Assembly: GCA_030390025.1 (NCBI GenBank)
Contig: CM059432.1
Span: 93,436,001-93,500,000, forward strand
From: Squalus acanthias
Taxonomy: Eukaryota
Length of the DNA: 64,000 nt
Direction: 5' to 3'
Position 1 is the stretch's first letter, and each line of letters starts with the position of its first letter. The position numbers and the translations under genes are program-made. The notes beneath the pieces are model-generated. The model worked only from the letters and a program-made list of their open reading frames with translations. It searched no databases and was not told where the DNA came from. Below are positions 47,601-62,375 of this stretch, in pieces.

Positions 47601-49519
47601 AGGGATGTTGCCTGAGCAAAAGGTGTCAGAAAAGTTAATTGCGTGGTCATGATTTGGTTGGTATGGGGATTAAGGAAGAAAGCGTTGCGTCTCATGGAAA
47701 AGATGAGTTTGGACAGGATAGGACCAGACAGGAGAGGAGATGGGAGAGAAGCTGCAGAGTGACAGGGGATAGGAGACTGGAGAAGGTGGTCAGGATTGGA
47801 ATTAGGAGGTGGCATGAGAGGCAGCTGCACAGATCGTCTCCATCTTAGAGACTAAGAATGCCATGAGCTGTTCACATTTGTTATAGGTGATGAAGCCAGG
47901 GAGAAAGGAGTTTGAGGAGACAGTTTCTGTTGGAGAAAAGAAGCCATGTGTTGTGTTTGCCCTCCGGCATAATCCCGATAATGCAGCTGAGCCAGATATG
48001 GGAATGAGTGACGAGACCAGTCACGCACCAGGTGTGCTCAAGTTTGCAGCCCTCGGACCAGCAAATTAAAGTGACTGATTTGTTGGGAACTATGGAATTG
48101 AAGGCCGAGGATAGGGAGCAGTTGAGCAGGTCAACAGTGGCAGCAGTGATGTGATGGGTGGAAGGCTAAACTGGGAGTTAGGAATTTGGGAGTGAATTTG
48201 GGAGTAATTGAGGGTTTGTTTCTTTTCTAAAGAGCCGGGGATGGACAGTTGGTTGGAGGAAGGTGGGGGCATGTGGGATGCCACAAAGCAGAATCTGTTA
48301 CAACAACATAGTGGCTCCTCTATTTACATATTTTCAGATTTGTGAAATGCAATTCTGTAGTTACAAATGGAACACACTGCAAATTTATCAGCATGAAATC
48401 CTGAATAGACTTATTCAGAATTCTTGAATTTCAATCATACAATTTGTTTACAAATAGCACCGATCGACATTCTTCACCTTTAGCATATGGTTTGGCTACA
48501 ACCAGAAAGCCTGGAAACTATTTGCAAATAAATCACATGGTGCCAGAGTTTCAGCTCCACTATAAAAGCTTTTTGTTATTAAAAACTCAAACAGCTCTCA
48601 AGAAGTACTAATCCTGTGCCAAGAGAACTTTTGGATTAAAAATCTCTTTTCCTGACACCAGATCTCCATCTCACTGCACATCAGGTTTCCAGCCATCCAA
48701 CTTTTTAAGTTGTGATTTCTCATAGGCTGGAGCATTATTTTTTAAAACAATCAACTTTCACTTACTGCTTTGGCCATGCACACCACTACCCCGGTGAAGG
48801 TGGTTAATTTGTGACCATGTGTTAATGCCGACTGCCAGCAGCTACTGCCATGTTCATTTTAAATGTAACACACAGTATGTTATGTACATGACTCCTCTGG
48901 GCCATTTTAAATTTTACATTTAACACTTTTTTTTTTTAACACCTCCATTGCTGCAGTCATGCAATGTGTGTCCATTTTCAAGTTCTCCTTGTGATGTGCT
49001 CGAATTGGCTGCAGCAAATGTCACGGGAGTTGGTGTGCAGTGTGCATGAAAATAACTTGTCAGTTTATATAACTGTTTGCATATGATGAACTCATTTTTA
49101 CATGAACCTGGCCACATTTTAAAAAGAGGTTACATGATAGCCTCGCCCATGAACCTTTAAAAATATAAGCAAATTTTGGAGGCAATGTAGCTCTAAGTTA
49201 TCTAGCACAGAAGTGTTTTAAATTAGTGAAAAACAGCAGCTTTTGACCACCTTAATAAATTGCTTATACGAACAGCATGCTCTATGCTCTGTATACTGAC
49301 AAGTGTTACTGCCCCCTCAGTGTTCATACATGGAATCGCACCATCTGTATTGTCAAAACAGAGGCCGCTCATAACTTGGATCCTCCTTTCATTTCTAACC
49401 CCATGGATTATTGCTGACATTTTACATTCAGTTGGAGTTATTTTTGTTCAGTGCAATAGTGAATCACAAACACTGTGCACAAGTAGAGTCCGTAGTTACC
49501 AGAATAGTTTGGAGATTTT

Positions 49520-50300
49520 TTTTAAATGTTGGTCTCAGGATAATGCTGGCAAGGCTGCATTTATTACTCATCCCTAGTTGTCCTGAGAAGATGAAGCCAT
49601 CTCCTTGAACCACTGTGGTGAGTGCACTCTCATGCTGCTGTTAGGTACGAAACAACAGGGATACTGATCTAGTAATGATAAAGGAATAGCGATATCCAAA
49701 ATAGGGTAGCGTGTGACTTGGAGGGGAACTTGGAGCGCAACTTGGAGCGATGGTGTTCCCATGACATAGCTACACTTGTCGTTCTCCATGATAGAGGTCA
49801 CAGAGAAGGGAAGCGTTGTTGAAATAACCTTGGTGAGTTGCTGCAGTGTATCCTGTAGATTGTATGTACTGCAGCCACACTATGTCAGTGATGGAGTGCA
49901 TGGATATTAAGCCTGGTGAAAGAGCAACAATTGAGCAAACTGCCCTGTCCTGGATTGTTTAAAGCTTATTAAGTGTTGTTGTGGGTGCACCCATCTGGGC
50001 GAATGGTGGGTATTTCACACACTGAACTTGTGTTTATAGATGGTGGAGAGGCTTTGAGGGGTCCAGAGATGTGCTACTTGTTGCAGGTTACCCAGCCTCT
50101 ACCCTGCTTTTGTAACCATGGTGTTTGATATGGTTGGTCCAGTTAAGCTGCTGGAGAACGCTGATCCCCAACATGTTAATACTGGGGGACTTGGTGATGG
50201 TGGTGCCACTGAAGGTCAGATGAAGATGGCTGGGCTTTATCTTGTTCGAGTTGGTCAATACGTAGCATTTATGTGGCTCAAATGATACCTGTCATTTTGG
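49520..50300 (-). mobile_element. Diverged copy of family B LINE
   Basis: Colinear with 46780-47520 (gtgtgacttggaggggaacttgg, gtccagttaag). Confidence 0.75.
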
Positions 50301-50529
50301 AAGCAGACTATTATCATGCCCTGATTATACTGAACTGACTGTACTCTATGCACAATCATTGTCCGGTAGTAAAATTAGAAATGGAACCACAACCACGTGG
50401 GTATACTTCACAGGTTTCTATAGTGTCATTAACCATTGGTTGAGGATGTATGGTCACTATTGACAAGTCACAGGAAGACCATCTCCTGTAAGTTTCCCTC
50501 CAAGTCACACAATATCCTGACTTAAACAA

Positions 50530-53060
50530 GATCATAAAAACGTATAGCACAGCAGGAGGCCATTCGGCACATCGTGCCTGTGCTGGCTCTTTGAAAGAGC
50601 AGTCGTGCCTAGTCCTACATCCTCACCTTTTGCCCTTATCTCTAAGTTCCTCATGGTCAAGTACCTGCCCAACACGCTTTTAAAATTATCTATGGAATCA
50701 GCTTCCACCAACTTTTCAAATAGAGGGTTCCAGATCTCAACAACTCAGTGAAAAAAATTCTTACCTCCCCTCTAGCTCTTTTGCCAATGATTTTGAATCT
50801 ATGACCTCTAGTTATTGACCCACTCGCCAGAGGGAATAGAGTTTCTATATCTATTCTATCAAAACCTCTCATCATCTTGAAAACCTTTTTTTTAAATTTG
50901 TTTTTATGGGATGTGGGCATCGCTGGCAAGGCCAGCATTTATTGCCCATCCCTAATTGCCCTTGCGAAGGTGGTGGTGCACAACTTCTTGAACCGCTGCA
51001 GTCTGTGTGATGAAGGTACTCCCACAGTGTTGTTAGGGAGGGAGTTCCTGGATTTTGACCCAGTGACGATGAAGGATTGGCGATATACTTCTAAGTCAGG
51101 ATGATGTGTGACTTGGAGGGGAACTCGGAGGTGGTGGTGTTCCCATGCGTCTACTGCCCTTGTCCTTCCAGGTGGAAGAGGTCGCGGGTTTGGGAGGTGC
51201 TGCCGAAGAAGCTTTGGCGTGTTGCTGCAGTGCATCTTGTAGATGGTACACACTGCAGCCACGGTATGCCGGTGGTGGAGAGAGTGAATGTTTAAGGTGG
51301 TGGATGGGGCGCCAATCAAGCGGGCTGCTTTGTCCTGGATGATGTCGAGCTTCTTGAGTGTTGTTGGAGCTGCACTCATCCAGGCAAGTGGAGAGTATTC
51401 CATCACACTCCTTACTTGTGCCTTGTAGATGGTAGAAAGGCTTTGGGGAGTCAGGTGGTGAGACACTCGCTGCAGAATACCTAGCTTCTGACCTGCTCTT
51501 GTTGCCACAGTATGTGTGTGGCTGGTCCAGTTAAGTTTCTGGTTAATGGTGACCCCCAGGATGTTGATGGTGGGGGATTCGGCGATGGTAATGCCTTTGA
51601 ATGTCAAGGGGCGGTGGTTAGACTCTTCTATTAGGTCACCTCTTAACCTTCCCTGTTCCAAAGAGAACAGTCCTCACTTTTCCAACCTCTCCTCATAACT
51701 GAAGTCCCTCATCCCTGGTGACATCCTGGTAAACTTCTTCTGTACCCTTTCTAAGGCCTTTACATCTTTGCTGAAATGTGGTGCCCAGAATTGTCCACAA
51801 TAATCCAGCTGATTTATAATGTTATAGCATGATCTCTCTGCTTTTATATTCTATTCCTCTATTGATAAACCCAAGTAACCACCTTATCAACTTGCCCTGC
51901 CACCTTTAATGAATGGTGTATATGGACACCAAGGTCTCTCTGCTCATTTACACTTTTCAAAATCGTGCCATTTATAGTATACTGACTTTCCATATTAGTC
52001 CTCCCAAAGTGTATCACCTCACACTTCTCCACATTGAACTCCATCTGCCATGCTTCTGCCCATTTTACCATCCTGTCTGTCATCCTGAAGCCTATAACGA
52101 TCCTCATCACTATCTACTACTTTGCCAAGTTTCATATCATCTGCAACTTTATGATGTTGCTCCCTACACCTGAGTCTAGGTTGTTCATAAAAATTGAAAA
52201 GAGTAATGGACCCAAAACTGATCCTTGGGGAACACCACTGCAAACCACCTTCCAGTTGGAAAAATACCCATTCACCTCCACCTTTTGCTCCAGTCACTGA
52301 GCCAATTTTGTATCCATACTTCCACTTTCCCCTTAATTCCATGGGCTTCCATCTTCTTAATAAGCCTCCTGTGTGGCACTTTGTCAAATGACTTCCAAAA
52401 GTCTATGTATACAACATTTACTGCACTACCTTGATCAACCTTCTCTGTTACCTCAAAGAATTCAATCAAGTTAGTCAGACACTATTTGCCTTTAACAAAT
52501 CCATGCTGGCTCTCCTTGATTTAACCCATGCCTTTCCAAATTAAAGTTTATTTTGTCCCCGATAATGGTTTCCAATAACATCTCCACCACCAATGTTAGG
52601 CTGACTGGCCTGTAGTTTCCTGATTTATCCCTTTCCCCTTTATTGAATAGTGGTATAACATTAGCAACCCTCCAGTCCTCTAGCACTACTCCTATAACCA
52701 ATGAGGATTGAAAGATTGTGACCAATGCCTCTGCTATTTCTACCATTGCTTCTATTAGCAACCTAGGATGCATTCCATCTGGACCAGGTGACTTACCAAC
52801 TTTCAGTAATGCTAATCCTTTTAGTACGGCTTCTCTATCTATTACGATGCTGTCGATAAATTCCCTTTCCTCTTTTAGTGTAACCTTCACATCATTTGCT
52901 TCCTTTGTGAAGACAGATGCAAAGTACTCATTTAATATTTCAGCCATGTCTGCTGCCTCCAAATGAAAATTTCCCTTTGGGTCCTTAATAGGCCCAACTT
53001 TTTCCATAGCTAACTGCTTATACTTCATCTGTTTATAAAATGTTTTGGGGTTCAATTAAT
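50530..53060 (-). mobile_element. CR1 (HER1-like) ORF2 remnant with a nested family B insertion
   Basis: KSPGPDGMHPRLL, GNYRPVSLT, DFWKSFDKVPH, WQMEFNVEKCEVIHFG. Confidence 0.9.
50886..51627 (-). mobile_element. Family B LINE 3' part nested in CR1
   Basis: ORF 50939..51661; HER1-like sequence resumes on both sides. Confidence 0.9.
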
Positions 53061-56000
53061 GTTGCCTGCTATAAAAAAAAATTGCAGTTTCTTCATTGTT
53101 GCTGGGTCAAAATCCTGGAATTCCCTAACTAACATGATCATGGGAGTAGATCAGCACAAGGACTGCAGAAATTTAAGGAGAGGTCCCACCAAAACCTTCT
53201 CAATGCAATTAGGGATGGGGAATAAATACGGCATCACCGGACATCCCAACAAAAAATAATAAAAAAGGTATTCCTTTTTCTGCCACATTCAAGATTATTC
53301 TGTAGAAAATGGTTCTATTTATTCTTGATATATAAGCCAAGAAACGACATGGTCCAGACAAAAGGTAGGATTTACTTCTCCCTTTATACTAGTTTTCTGG
53401 CAATACTTGGGCAGCTTGCGGCAGAATATTGTTGGGTACCGACTATGCTAGATCCCCATCCATTTCTTCATGTGTCAGATTTTGTGCATCACTTCTGGCA
53501 GACACACAGGTTGGCACATTTAAAAGGAGAAGATAATTATGAAGTGTTATTATGCATCATATTTCCCATCATTTCTAACTTGGCAACTCTGGACACTAGG
53601 AAACCAAGTATTAAACAGGCATCCAGCGTTACTAAGGGAGATGGAACGGCACAAAAACTTTTAAGTGAACAAAGCATGAGCTTCAATCAATTGCAGCACC
53701 CTGGATAGGTAGTTCTAAATCAGTGTATTTTACCACTTCTTCAGTGCTGGAAATTGTTTTTTTTGAGGCTGCCCGCCCTTTAATTGATGCAAGTATTCGT
53801 CTCCTGCAGCAGCCAGCTCCCAAGTGCGGGCAGGAATCCTGCACAACTAATTTACATGGCTGACCTCAGAAACTTCCCAGGGTCAGCAGTTGGTCATTCA
53901 GATGGGCAAAAAGACTGACCCCAACCCATCTATACCGCAGATCAGGCTGGGGAGGAGAATCCTGGTTAATGTGCGAAAATGAACACAAACTGCAAATTTC
54001 AAAATTAATTATGGGTTCTCAGAAAATTAGTCATCAAAAAAATTTCATTTATTTTCATGCTCAGGGACATAACTACTTGCTGTTAGAATCAAATCAATAA
54101 TTACCGATGAAATGCGTATATGAATAGTGTGTAACTTGAACAGAACCACTGTTGCAACGTCTGCAAATAAATCAGCGCAGTGGCAGGAAAAATAGATGTC
54201 ACAAGTATACTATGGGTGGCGTAGAAATAGCTAAAGGTAAAGCAGAAAGGGATTGGTGAGTGATTGTAGATACAGCATTTCATATGCCAAGTCACTGTGA
54301 AACAGAAGTAAGCAAAGCAAACAGAATGCTTAATTATATTGTTAGCTCAGTTGAGTATAATTTGGAAGATGTCATGTTAAAATTGTTCAGCACCCAGATC
54401 AGAATGTACCTTCAACTTTGTGTTCAGATTTCATCACTAAGACGTAAGGGGAACATTCAAGCCATGGATATTGATCCATAGCATCAATGGATTGAGTTTG
54501 AAACCCTTTAGCTTTAAGAGGTGACAGAGTTAGTTAGGTGACGTGAAGGGGGAAATGTAGGGTTTTTTTTATGCTGGGTGAAGATAGATGAATGACCACA
54601 CTCATCTGTATCTACCTTTTCAGCTTAGATATGCAAGAAAATGAAACCACTCTACATACTATTGCCACTAGATGGAGCCAATGTTTTTTTTTTAAACACA
54701 ACAGATTTCAAAATTGTAATTTAAAGTTTTAATTGTCCTTTAATGCCTTTTGGGATACCCAGTGGAGATCCTTTTGAGCCATGGCTGTCTGGGAGCTGCA
54801 CATTGTTGCAATATAAAAAGATACCAAGCAACATTGCCATCATAGTCCAAAAGCCATGAAAAAAAGCAGAGTCAAGAGTTGACAATGTGTTCTCTCCAGT
54901 TAAATAAAAGACAAATTTCGGACTTCCTTACTAGAGTACTGCAAGCAGAATGCAACAGAAAACCCGGGTATGGGTGAAAACTGGCCAGCACAGACCCTAA
55001 GAGAACCTGCCAACAAGGAACAAAAGCTTGGTTTTGATCTCCAGAAGCAGTCTCTCTCCAATGGAAATTGGAAGGGTGAATTCCAGTAGTTCAACCCCAG
55101 TGCTTCACCATCTGACTTCTCAATGTACGTTTCTCATCTCTGTAGATCATTAATGTCTTAACAATATTCCCACCTATTTTACCATCCAGCTGCCGCTCAA
55201 TTTCCTGCTTCTTGGGAGCTTTCTTCTACCTCACCTATTTTTCCTATTGACGAGAAGTTTAGTTCTTCTAAATACTGTACGAGGCTACTGATGGATCCTC
55301 ACTATACTATTACACATCAAGCCCAAAGTACAAAACTTAGTTATGGCTTTGAGTCTATTTGTATTCAACGCAAACATGTACTCTATATTGACCGATCCAA
55401 TATAGATCTGCTTATTATGTTTCTTTGCAACTGTTTAACATCTAGGTGATAACATATCCAGTTCCTCTTTGTAAAATCAAAACTTCAAAAAAGAATCTAG
55501 TTGCGCATACAGTGGAACCTCTATTATCTGACAGAATGAAGGATACCATTTATTGTGTTAGATAATGGAAATTGGTATGTAACTGAGGGTTCCCCAAACC
55601 TTGTCCAACATTGAGATTTTTGTTTCGATTTGGTCTATTAGATTTGGGAAGTTGGTTAGAAAATGTGCAGCTAAGATTAACAAGATATTCTTGAAAATTT
55701 GCTGGCAGCCGAACTTCTGATAGTCTCCTGGACTTAAAGGCCTGATGTCGACTGGTCTCCTGACCCGAAGCTAAATATCAAAGCTCCATGGGTAGTAAAT
55801 TCTAGCAGGTACTGGACATCCAGATAACTACTTACCTCTCTGTATCACGAACCCAGGGTCCGTGTATTTATATTTTAAAAATCAGTTTAAACCGTTTAAT
55901 TACATTTTAGCTGATTTGTGCAAAACGAAGACCCAACTCCGATGAACAGTCATAATCAATAAATCAATGTCCAACTGTAATCAACATGTGCTGAGTGAGT

Positions 56001-56285
56001 AGCTAACTGTATGGAGAAAATACACCACTCATGACTCATGACACTTGCAACTCACTTCCACCTGGATTATTTGTGAATTATTAAGATCCAACATAACTCA
56101 AGTACATATTTTGCACCTTCCATGTTAACTAGTACATTCCGGTTACATTCATCTGCAAGGAATTTTCCTTTAACTGTCAGCATTGTGACACTTCACTTAA
56201 AAACAAGCACAGCAAATAGTATGCAGTATCTTTTCAACCTCAGAAATATATATTGAAAGCACAACACAACTAAAAGATCATCGAC

Positions 56286-56385
56286 CTGACGAAAGGTCAT
56301 CGACCTGAAACATTAACTCTCTTTCTCTCCCCACCGATGCTGCCTGACCTGCTGAGTATTTCCAGCATTTTAGTTTTTATTTTAT
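56286..56385 (+). mobile_element. Penelope tail fragment with truncated hammerhead core
   Basis: CTGACGA-aaggtcatcgacct-GAAA-catt-aactct followed by the same tail as 5612-5677; the 5' strand of stem I is replaced by a local duplication. Confidence 0.8.
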
Positions 56386-56394
56386 ATTAAAAAT

Positions 56395-56975
56395 AACAGC
56401 TTGCATTTATATAGCGCCTTTAACATAGTGAAACGTCCCAAGGCACTTCATAGGAGCGTTATCAAGCAAAATTTGACCAAGTCACATAAAGAGATATTGG
56501 GACAGGTGACCAAAAGCTTGGTCAAAGAGGTAGATTTTAAGGAGCATTTTTAAAAGGAGAAGAGAGGTTTAGGACCTAGGCAGCTGAAGGCGCGGCCGCC
56601 AATGGTGGAGCAATTAAAATGGGGGTGTGCAAGAGGCCAGAGTTGGAGGAGCGCAGAGATCTCGGAGGGTTGACGGGCTGGAGAGGTTACAGAGCTAAGG
56701 AGGGCTGAGGCCATGGAGGGATTTGAAAACAAGGATGAGAATTTTAAAATCGAGGCGTTGCCAAACCGGGAGCCATTGTAGGCCAATGAGCACAGTGAAT
56801 GGGACTTGGTGTGAGTTAGGATAAAAGGCATCAGAGTTTTGGATTAGCTAAAGTTTCTGGAGGGTGGTAGGCCAACCAGGAGATCATTGGAATAATTGAG
56901 CCTGGAGGTAACAAAAGCATGGATGAGGGTTTCAGCAGCAGATGGGCTGAGGTGGGGCGGAGACTGGCAATATAA
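56395..56975 (-). mobile_element. L2 3' fragment
   Basis: STIGGRAFSCLGPK; gcatttatatagcgcc tail. Confidence 0.85.
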
Positions 56976-57231
56976 TGTCTATTAAGAAAAGTTAAATATA
57001 CCACAATTACTTGCTTCAATTCATTCCTTTCAAGAGAAACTGTGCTTTCAAGTCACTTCGCCTTTACGCTCATGAATTAAAGCTATTATTGTCGTCTATC
57101 AGAAAAGCTATCCAATATTTAACAAAATGTAATGAATGCAGTTATAGTAATAATGACTGAAGAGGTGTAAACATAAGCAACATTTTTAGAATAGGTTCTT
57201 TGGACAGTAAAACACCACAGGTGGACAGCAA

Positions 57232-57942
57232 GGGGGAGAAATTCAGTATCGCCCCATTTGGGGCGCAATTATTGGCCGAGTGCTAATTATCGCCTCCAAC
57301 TGCAAACTTTACTTTTATCGCCCCTGGAGGTGATTGGAGCGCTAAATCAGGTGCTTCACACCTGTCTTAAGGCGCAAAGGCCGAGGAGCGAGGCGCTACC
57401 TGAGAGCGCTGGCGAAGCTCATGTGATGTCAGTCAGCAATGGAACACACACACAATGGCGCGGGCCAGTTCTTAAAGGGGAGGGTAGATCTTGCTTTCCA
57501 TCCACATCCTGCTCATTGCAGCCTTGAATCTCGGCCTGGAGAGACCTGTACATCAAATCTGCTGGAAAGAACAATGGAGAGTACCAGGGAAAGAGCTCAG
57601 AGTGCAGCCCCTACAATCTCTTCTAAATCGATACAAGGAAGGGCAAATCAAAATGAACCTGCAAAGTGCTGCTCAGTACCCAAAACTCCTTCACACAGCG
57701 TTGAATCTCTCCAGAAGTCTCTCTCTCTCTCTCTCAGAATGCGTGGTTCAAAAATGTCACCAACAATAAAAGGCAGGAAGCGGTTGCCTTTAAATCGCGC
57801 TCCCCCAGTCCCTTCCTGACTGCAAAACGCTCCCCTCAACCTGTCGTTGCTAGCGGCAGGCGGTAAGGCAGGGGGCGCCACTCAATATCCGCTCCGGGGC
57901 GATACCGGGGCGTTGCGCACTCGACTGACGTCACGATCTGCC
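57232..57942. mobile_element. Truncated inverted copy of the 43430 MITE
   Basis: Near reverse complement of about 43595-44345. Confidence 0.9.
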
Positions 57943-58398
57943 TAACTTAAAAAAAACATTGAAAAGTAAGTTTATAAAGTGCTCAAGGGGTCCAGTGGAC
58001 ATCCTGGGCACTTTTAAAATGCAGTTTCACATGAGGATGGAGTGGTACAGCATCCAATGTGAATTTAAAATGGTGTGAGACTGCCTCTTAGAAAAGGTCT
58101 TGTACACATGATGTTACTGTACTCGAGTCAGATTGAAATCTGGCTCTAAGTTTGTGTTGATGAATGCTTAAGTCTGTATTTCGTCAACATAAAGTGGCAG
58201 CGTAACTACATTCACAGTCATCAGGCAAGTGTTTGTTATTTAAAAAAAAAATCTGTCACTTTGTTGTCTATGTTGTTGCAAAAATGAGACTCTATTAGTG
58301 AATGAATAATATGACTGTAAGGACCGATTCATTTTTTTCAAAGCCCATTTTGGGTTACTTACTTCTGATGATTCTAATCCTATAAAGATATAAAGTGT

Positions 58399-58917
58399 GG
58401 ATCGGAAAATTGCACCCATAAGCAATGGATGGCAGACAGGGAACCAGGAAACAGAAATCACTAATAATCAATCACTTTTTCAAAAATTTACAGAGAGCGA
58501 AATAAAGATTGGGACATACACATTGGGTTAAGGTAGAAGCTGAAATATCATGAACAAACTTTAAAAAAAAAATTTTTTAATCGAATAATTTTTAACTTAA
58601 TGGAGAAATTTGACATTCCACCAATATAAAATTAGTTCTTCAGGGTCAGAATGGTTGTTTATCAGTAGTTATTACTCAGATCACCGTTAAAAACCCAGTT
58701 ACACCTCATTTGAATGGGTCTATCCTTTTATGGGGTTTCTAAGAGCGATATTTGTTCAGAAAAGGGGAAGTTTTCGTCAGATCACTGATTGCCGCAATTT
58801 CAGGATTTCTGCGTTAGGCTGTGCATGCACTAATTGCTGAACTTGCGGTCAGTTTCAAAGGCAGAATGACGGCGAACGGTACCAGTTTGGTGTCATCAGG
58901 ACCGGAAGTTCCGGGCC
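58399..58917. mobile_element. Harbinger-type MITE (17625 family)
   Basis: Shared aaaacccagttacacct and ttgcggtcagttt; ends ggaagttccgggcc. Confidence 0.65.
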
Positions 58918-59071
58918 ATCTAGTTCGTCTTCTACCATCCTGGTAGTCACATGATACAACAATAATGGAGTTGTTGACTATTCATAGCAATCAGTCTCTA
59001 TCAATTAGTCTACAGCAAACCTAGACATGATGCGAGGAAAACCCCAGTGTTGGGGAGCTTTAGGAATCATG

Positions 59072-59527
59072 AGGGCTAAATTTGGTTAATTTGCACCTCC
59101 GGGCGCTAACGGGGTGCAAATCAACTAGCGCCTGGGAGCGGCGCCGCTAACGCCTCCCACAAAATTCAGTGGGAGGTTAGCAGTGGCACTAACCATTAGC
59201 GCTGCGCGGCACTGCACCACCGGTGATGATGTCATTGCCGTGCGCAGCGCCCCGCTCGCGCCCTGGCTGTAATATTGGGTGGCGCCCCCCGACTTACCAC
59301 CGGACGCTATGTCCATCGGGGTCAGGGGGGCATACCTGTGGCCGGGGCAGCGCTAGTTAAAGGGGAGATGGCGCTGCGGCACGTAGCTCCGTGATATTGG
59401 CTCGCAGCGCCCCAAGAGGGACACGTGGCGCTTCCTGTAGCACCCCTCCTCCCTCTCAGGGCGCTACCTGGAAAAATTGGTCGCGGGGGCGCTAACTTTT
59501 TCGGGGCACCACCCGATTTTTACCCCT
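59072..59527. mobile_element. Harbinger-type MITE (1374 family, inverted, internally deleted)
   Basis: agggctaaattt / atttttacccct ends; ATG duplication. Confidence 0.8.
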
Positions 59528-59564
59528 ATGACTATGACTACTGTCCAAAACAATGGGAGCATTG

Positions 59565-60490
59565 GTTATGATCTGAAGTTGTTGAAATCAATGTTGAATC
59601 AGGAAGGTTGCAAAGCACCTAATTGAAAGATGAGGTGCTGTACCTCAAGCTTCCATTGAGCTTCATTGGAACAGTGCAGGAGGCCGAGGACAGAGGTCAG
59701 AGTGGGAGTGGAATGGGGAATGGGGAATTAAAGTGACAGCTGACCAGAAGCTCAGTCACGCTTGTGGACTGAACGGAGGTGCGCAGCAAAGCGATCATCC
59801 AATCTGCGTTTGGTCTCCCTAATGTCGAGGAGACTGCATCATGAGCAGCTAATACAGAAGTGAAAGGGCAGGTGTTGCATCTCCTGCACTTTCATGGGAA
59901 GGTGCCGTGGGAAGGGGAGCAGGTGTTGGGGGTGATGGAAGAGTGGACCAGGGTGTCGCGGAGCAAACGGTTTCTTCACAATGCTAAAAGTGGAGGGGAG
60001 GGGAAGATGTGTTTGGTGGTGACCGTGCTGGAGGTGGTGGAAATGACGGAGGACGATCCATTGAAGGTGGAGGCTGGTGGGGGCGGGGGGGACACAGGGG
60101 ACCCTATCATGGTTCTGGGCGGGAGGGCAAGGGGTGAGGGCAGAAGTGCGGGAAATGGGATGGACATGGTCGAGATCACCGTCAACCACAGTGGAGGGGA
60201 AACCTCGGTTGAGGAAAAAGGAAGACATATCAGAAGCACTGGTGTGGAAGGTGGCAGTGTCAGAACAGATGCAAAGAAGAAACTGGGAGAATAGAATAGA
60301 GTCCTTACAGGAAGCGGGGTGAGAGGAAGTGTAGTCAAGGTAGCTATGGGGGTCGGGGAGCTTATAGTAGATATTGGTGAACAGCCTATCCCCAGAAATG
60401 GAGATTGAGAAGGTGAGGAAGGGAAGGGAAGAGTTGGAGATGGGCCATGTGAAGCAGAGGAAGGGGTGGAAATTGGAAACAAAAAGGAAA
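59565..60490 (-). mobile_element. Decayed Penelope-like element (RT C-terminus, linker, GIY-YIG)
   Basis: LPFLTFSISISGDRLFTNIYYKLPDPHSYLDYTSSHPASCKDSI; 59565-59860 resembles 4620-4910. Confidence 0.88.
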
Positions 60491-61924
60491 GGTAAGAGCG
60501 TCTCCAGGTGATGGTTAATGTACCTAATCAGAGTTAAAATGCTGCCCATCACACTCCATATAGGTGAAAGTGCTCCAGTCTTATTCACCTTTGCAAAAAA
60601 AAACTTTGGAGGACACACTTCAATCAAATCCAAAGTGCAAATTAACTCTCATCAGCACTTACTGCCCCATGGGAAGAGAATGCCCTGAAACTACAGGATG
60701 TTTAAACAAATTTGTTTTGAAAATGAGTTATTGGATTCTGTTGTAAGGAACTACAGCTAATAATTGTGGGTATTGGGGAGGGGAATGAGGGATGAGCAGA
60801 TGGCCTAAATTTGAAGTAGTGCTAAAAAATAAACGACTGAAAAATAAATGCTCACAGCTCAGTATTTGAAAGGATTTTGAAAAGTGAGAATCTTAAACAT
60901 TTTAATAAGCTAGTGAATTTGGTAATGTCTCACCGGGGTTAGTCACACTGTAGTTGCCACTCATCTTGCAACTAGAGCTTCTATAGATTTATTGTGGTAT
61001 CACCACATTTCCAATTCAGGTCTTTTTAATATCCACTTATAAAAAAAAGTATTTTGCCTCATCAAGGTGTGACAAAGCCAGTGGCTGGGATTGGAACATT
61101 ATTCCAGAACTTCTGTCCCCCTGGGCTAGTAACGAACAATTCCAGGTCCACCGCCCCATTCAGTGCAACAGAATTCCAGCCTCCGAGGAACACCCCCTGC
61201 TGCACTAGCATCGCATTGGGTTTCCATCATTATAGCTCTCTCTGAAGGAAAGTGCCCAATTAACACCAATTCATGGCCAGTTTTATGGTGTGAAATTTTG
61301 ATGATTTGGAACTGGATTGAAATTGCTTAAACTCCTTGCACTAATGGCGCTGCTAAAATTCATTTGCTAGGTGCAGTACTCAATCAAGGTTCGTTAAACA
61401 GCCAACTCACACAGCTGTGGATGGAATGGGGGTTGACAGCACTCCTTGCACACAGAAAGCAAGACTTAGCAGCATCCAGTACTGCTGGATTTTCTACTAA
61501 CTGGAAAAAACAATGTTTTGTGTTGATGAATGCTTTAATCTGTATTTTACCAACAGAACTAAGCTATCTCTTATCAAGTACCAGAAAATCGTGTGGCTGT
61601 AAAGTAGCCTGCCAAAGTTAGAGAGAGAGAGGTGGACTTTGTACCAGCTGAAGATGTACTGCAACTGGTACAAAATCAACTTCAACATGAAATAACCGCT
61701 TGGGAGGTGGTAGCTTTGCTTCCATCAATATTTTTATTGGCATTGAAGGTGAGTTTTGATGGACCAAATGGTCTTTTCTCATCCTTGACTTTTCATATGT
61801 TCTAATATAACACATTAGGATTTTTATTGAGCTGGTAGCAGACTAATGTGACATTAACACCAAAAGTATAGCATAAAAATGGTGTTAGAACCCAGGAGAT
61901 TTATCCCATCATTCCACTCTATAT

Positions 61925-61999
61925 AGGAAGCGGGGTGAGAGGAAGTGTAGTCAAGGTAGCTGTGGGAGTCGGGGAGCTTATGGTAGATATTGGTGAAAG
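61925..61999 (-). mobile_element. Small Penelope RT fragment
   Basis: Near-identical to 60309-60381 (aggaagcggggtgagaggaagtgtagtcaaggtagct). Confidence 0.7.
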
Positions 62000-62179
62000 A
62001 TTGATGGTCTAACTCATCATACTTTTCGGAAATTATTATTTATATGTGCCACTTGAGATTTCCTTCCTCTGAATAAACTTACTTTTCTCTACAAAACAAC
62101 AATGACTAAGCTTCAAAAATAATTCACTGGTTGTGAAGAGCTTTGGGAGTCCTGTGAATGGAAAAGGCACTTTATAAAA

Positions 62180-62375
62180 AGGTAGTGGAAATGACTGTGG
62201 ATACTGGGTTAATAAAAAGTTTCAAGACCTAGATCGATAAGATTGTTAGTTAAGGGTTTCAAGGAATATGGAGCTAAGGCGGGTAAATGGAGTTGAGGTG
62301 CAGAACAGCCATAATCTAATTGAATGGCAAAACAGGTTCGAGGAGCTGAATGGCCTCCTCCTGTTCCTATCTTGG
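62180..62375 (+). mobile_element. CR1 3' tail
   Basis: gaggagctgaatggcctcctcctgttcctat tail. Confidence 0.7.
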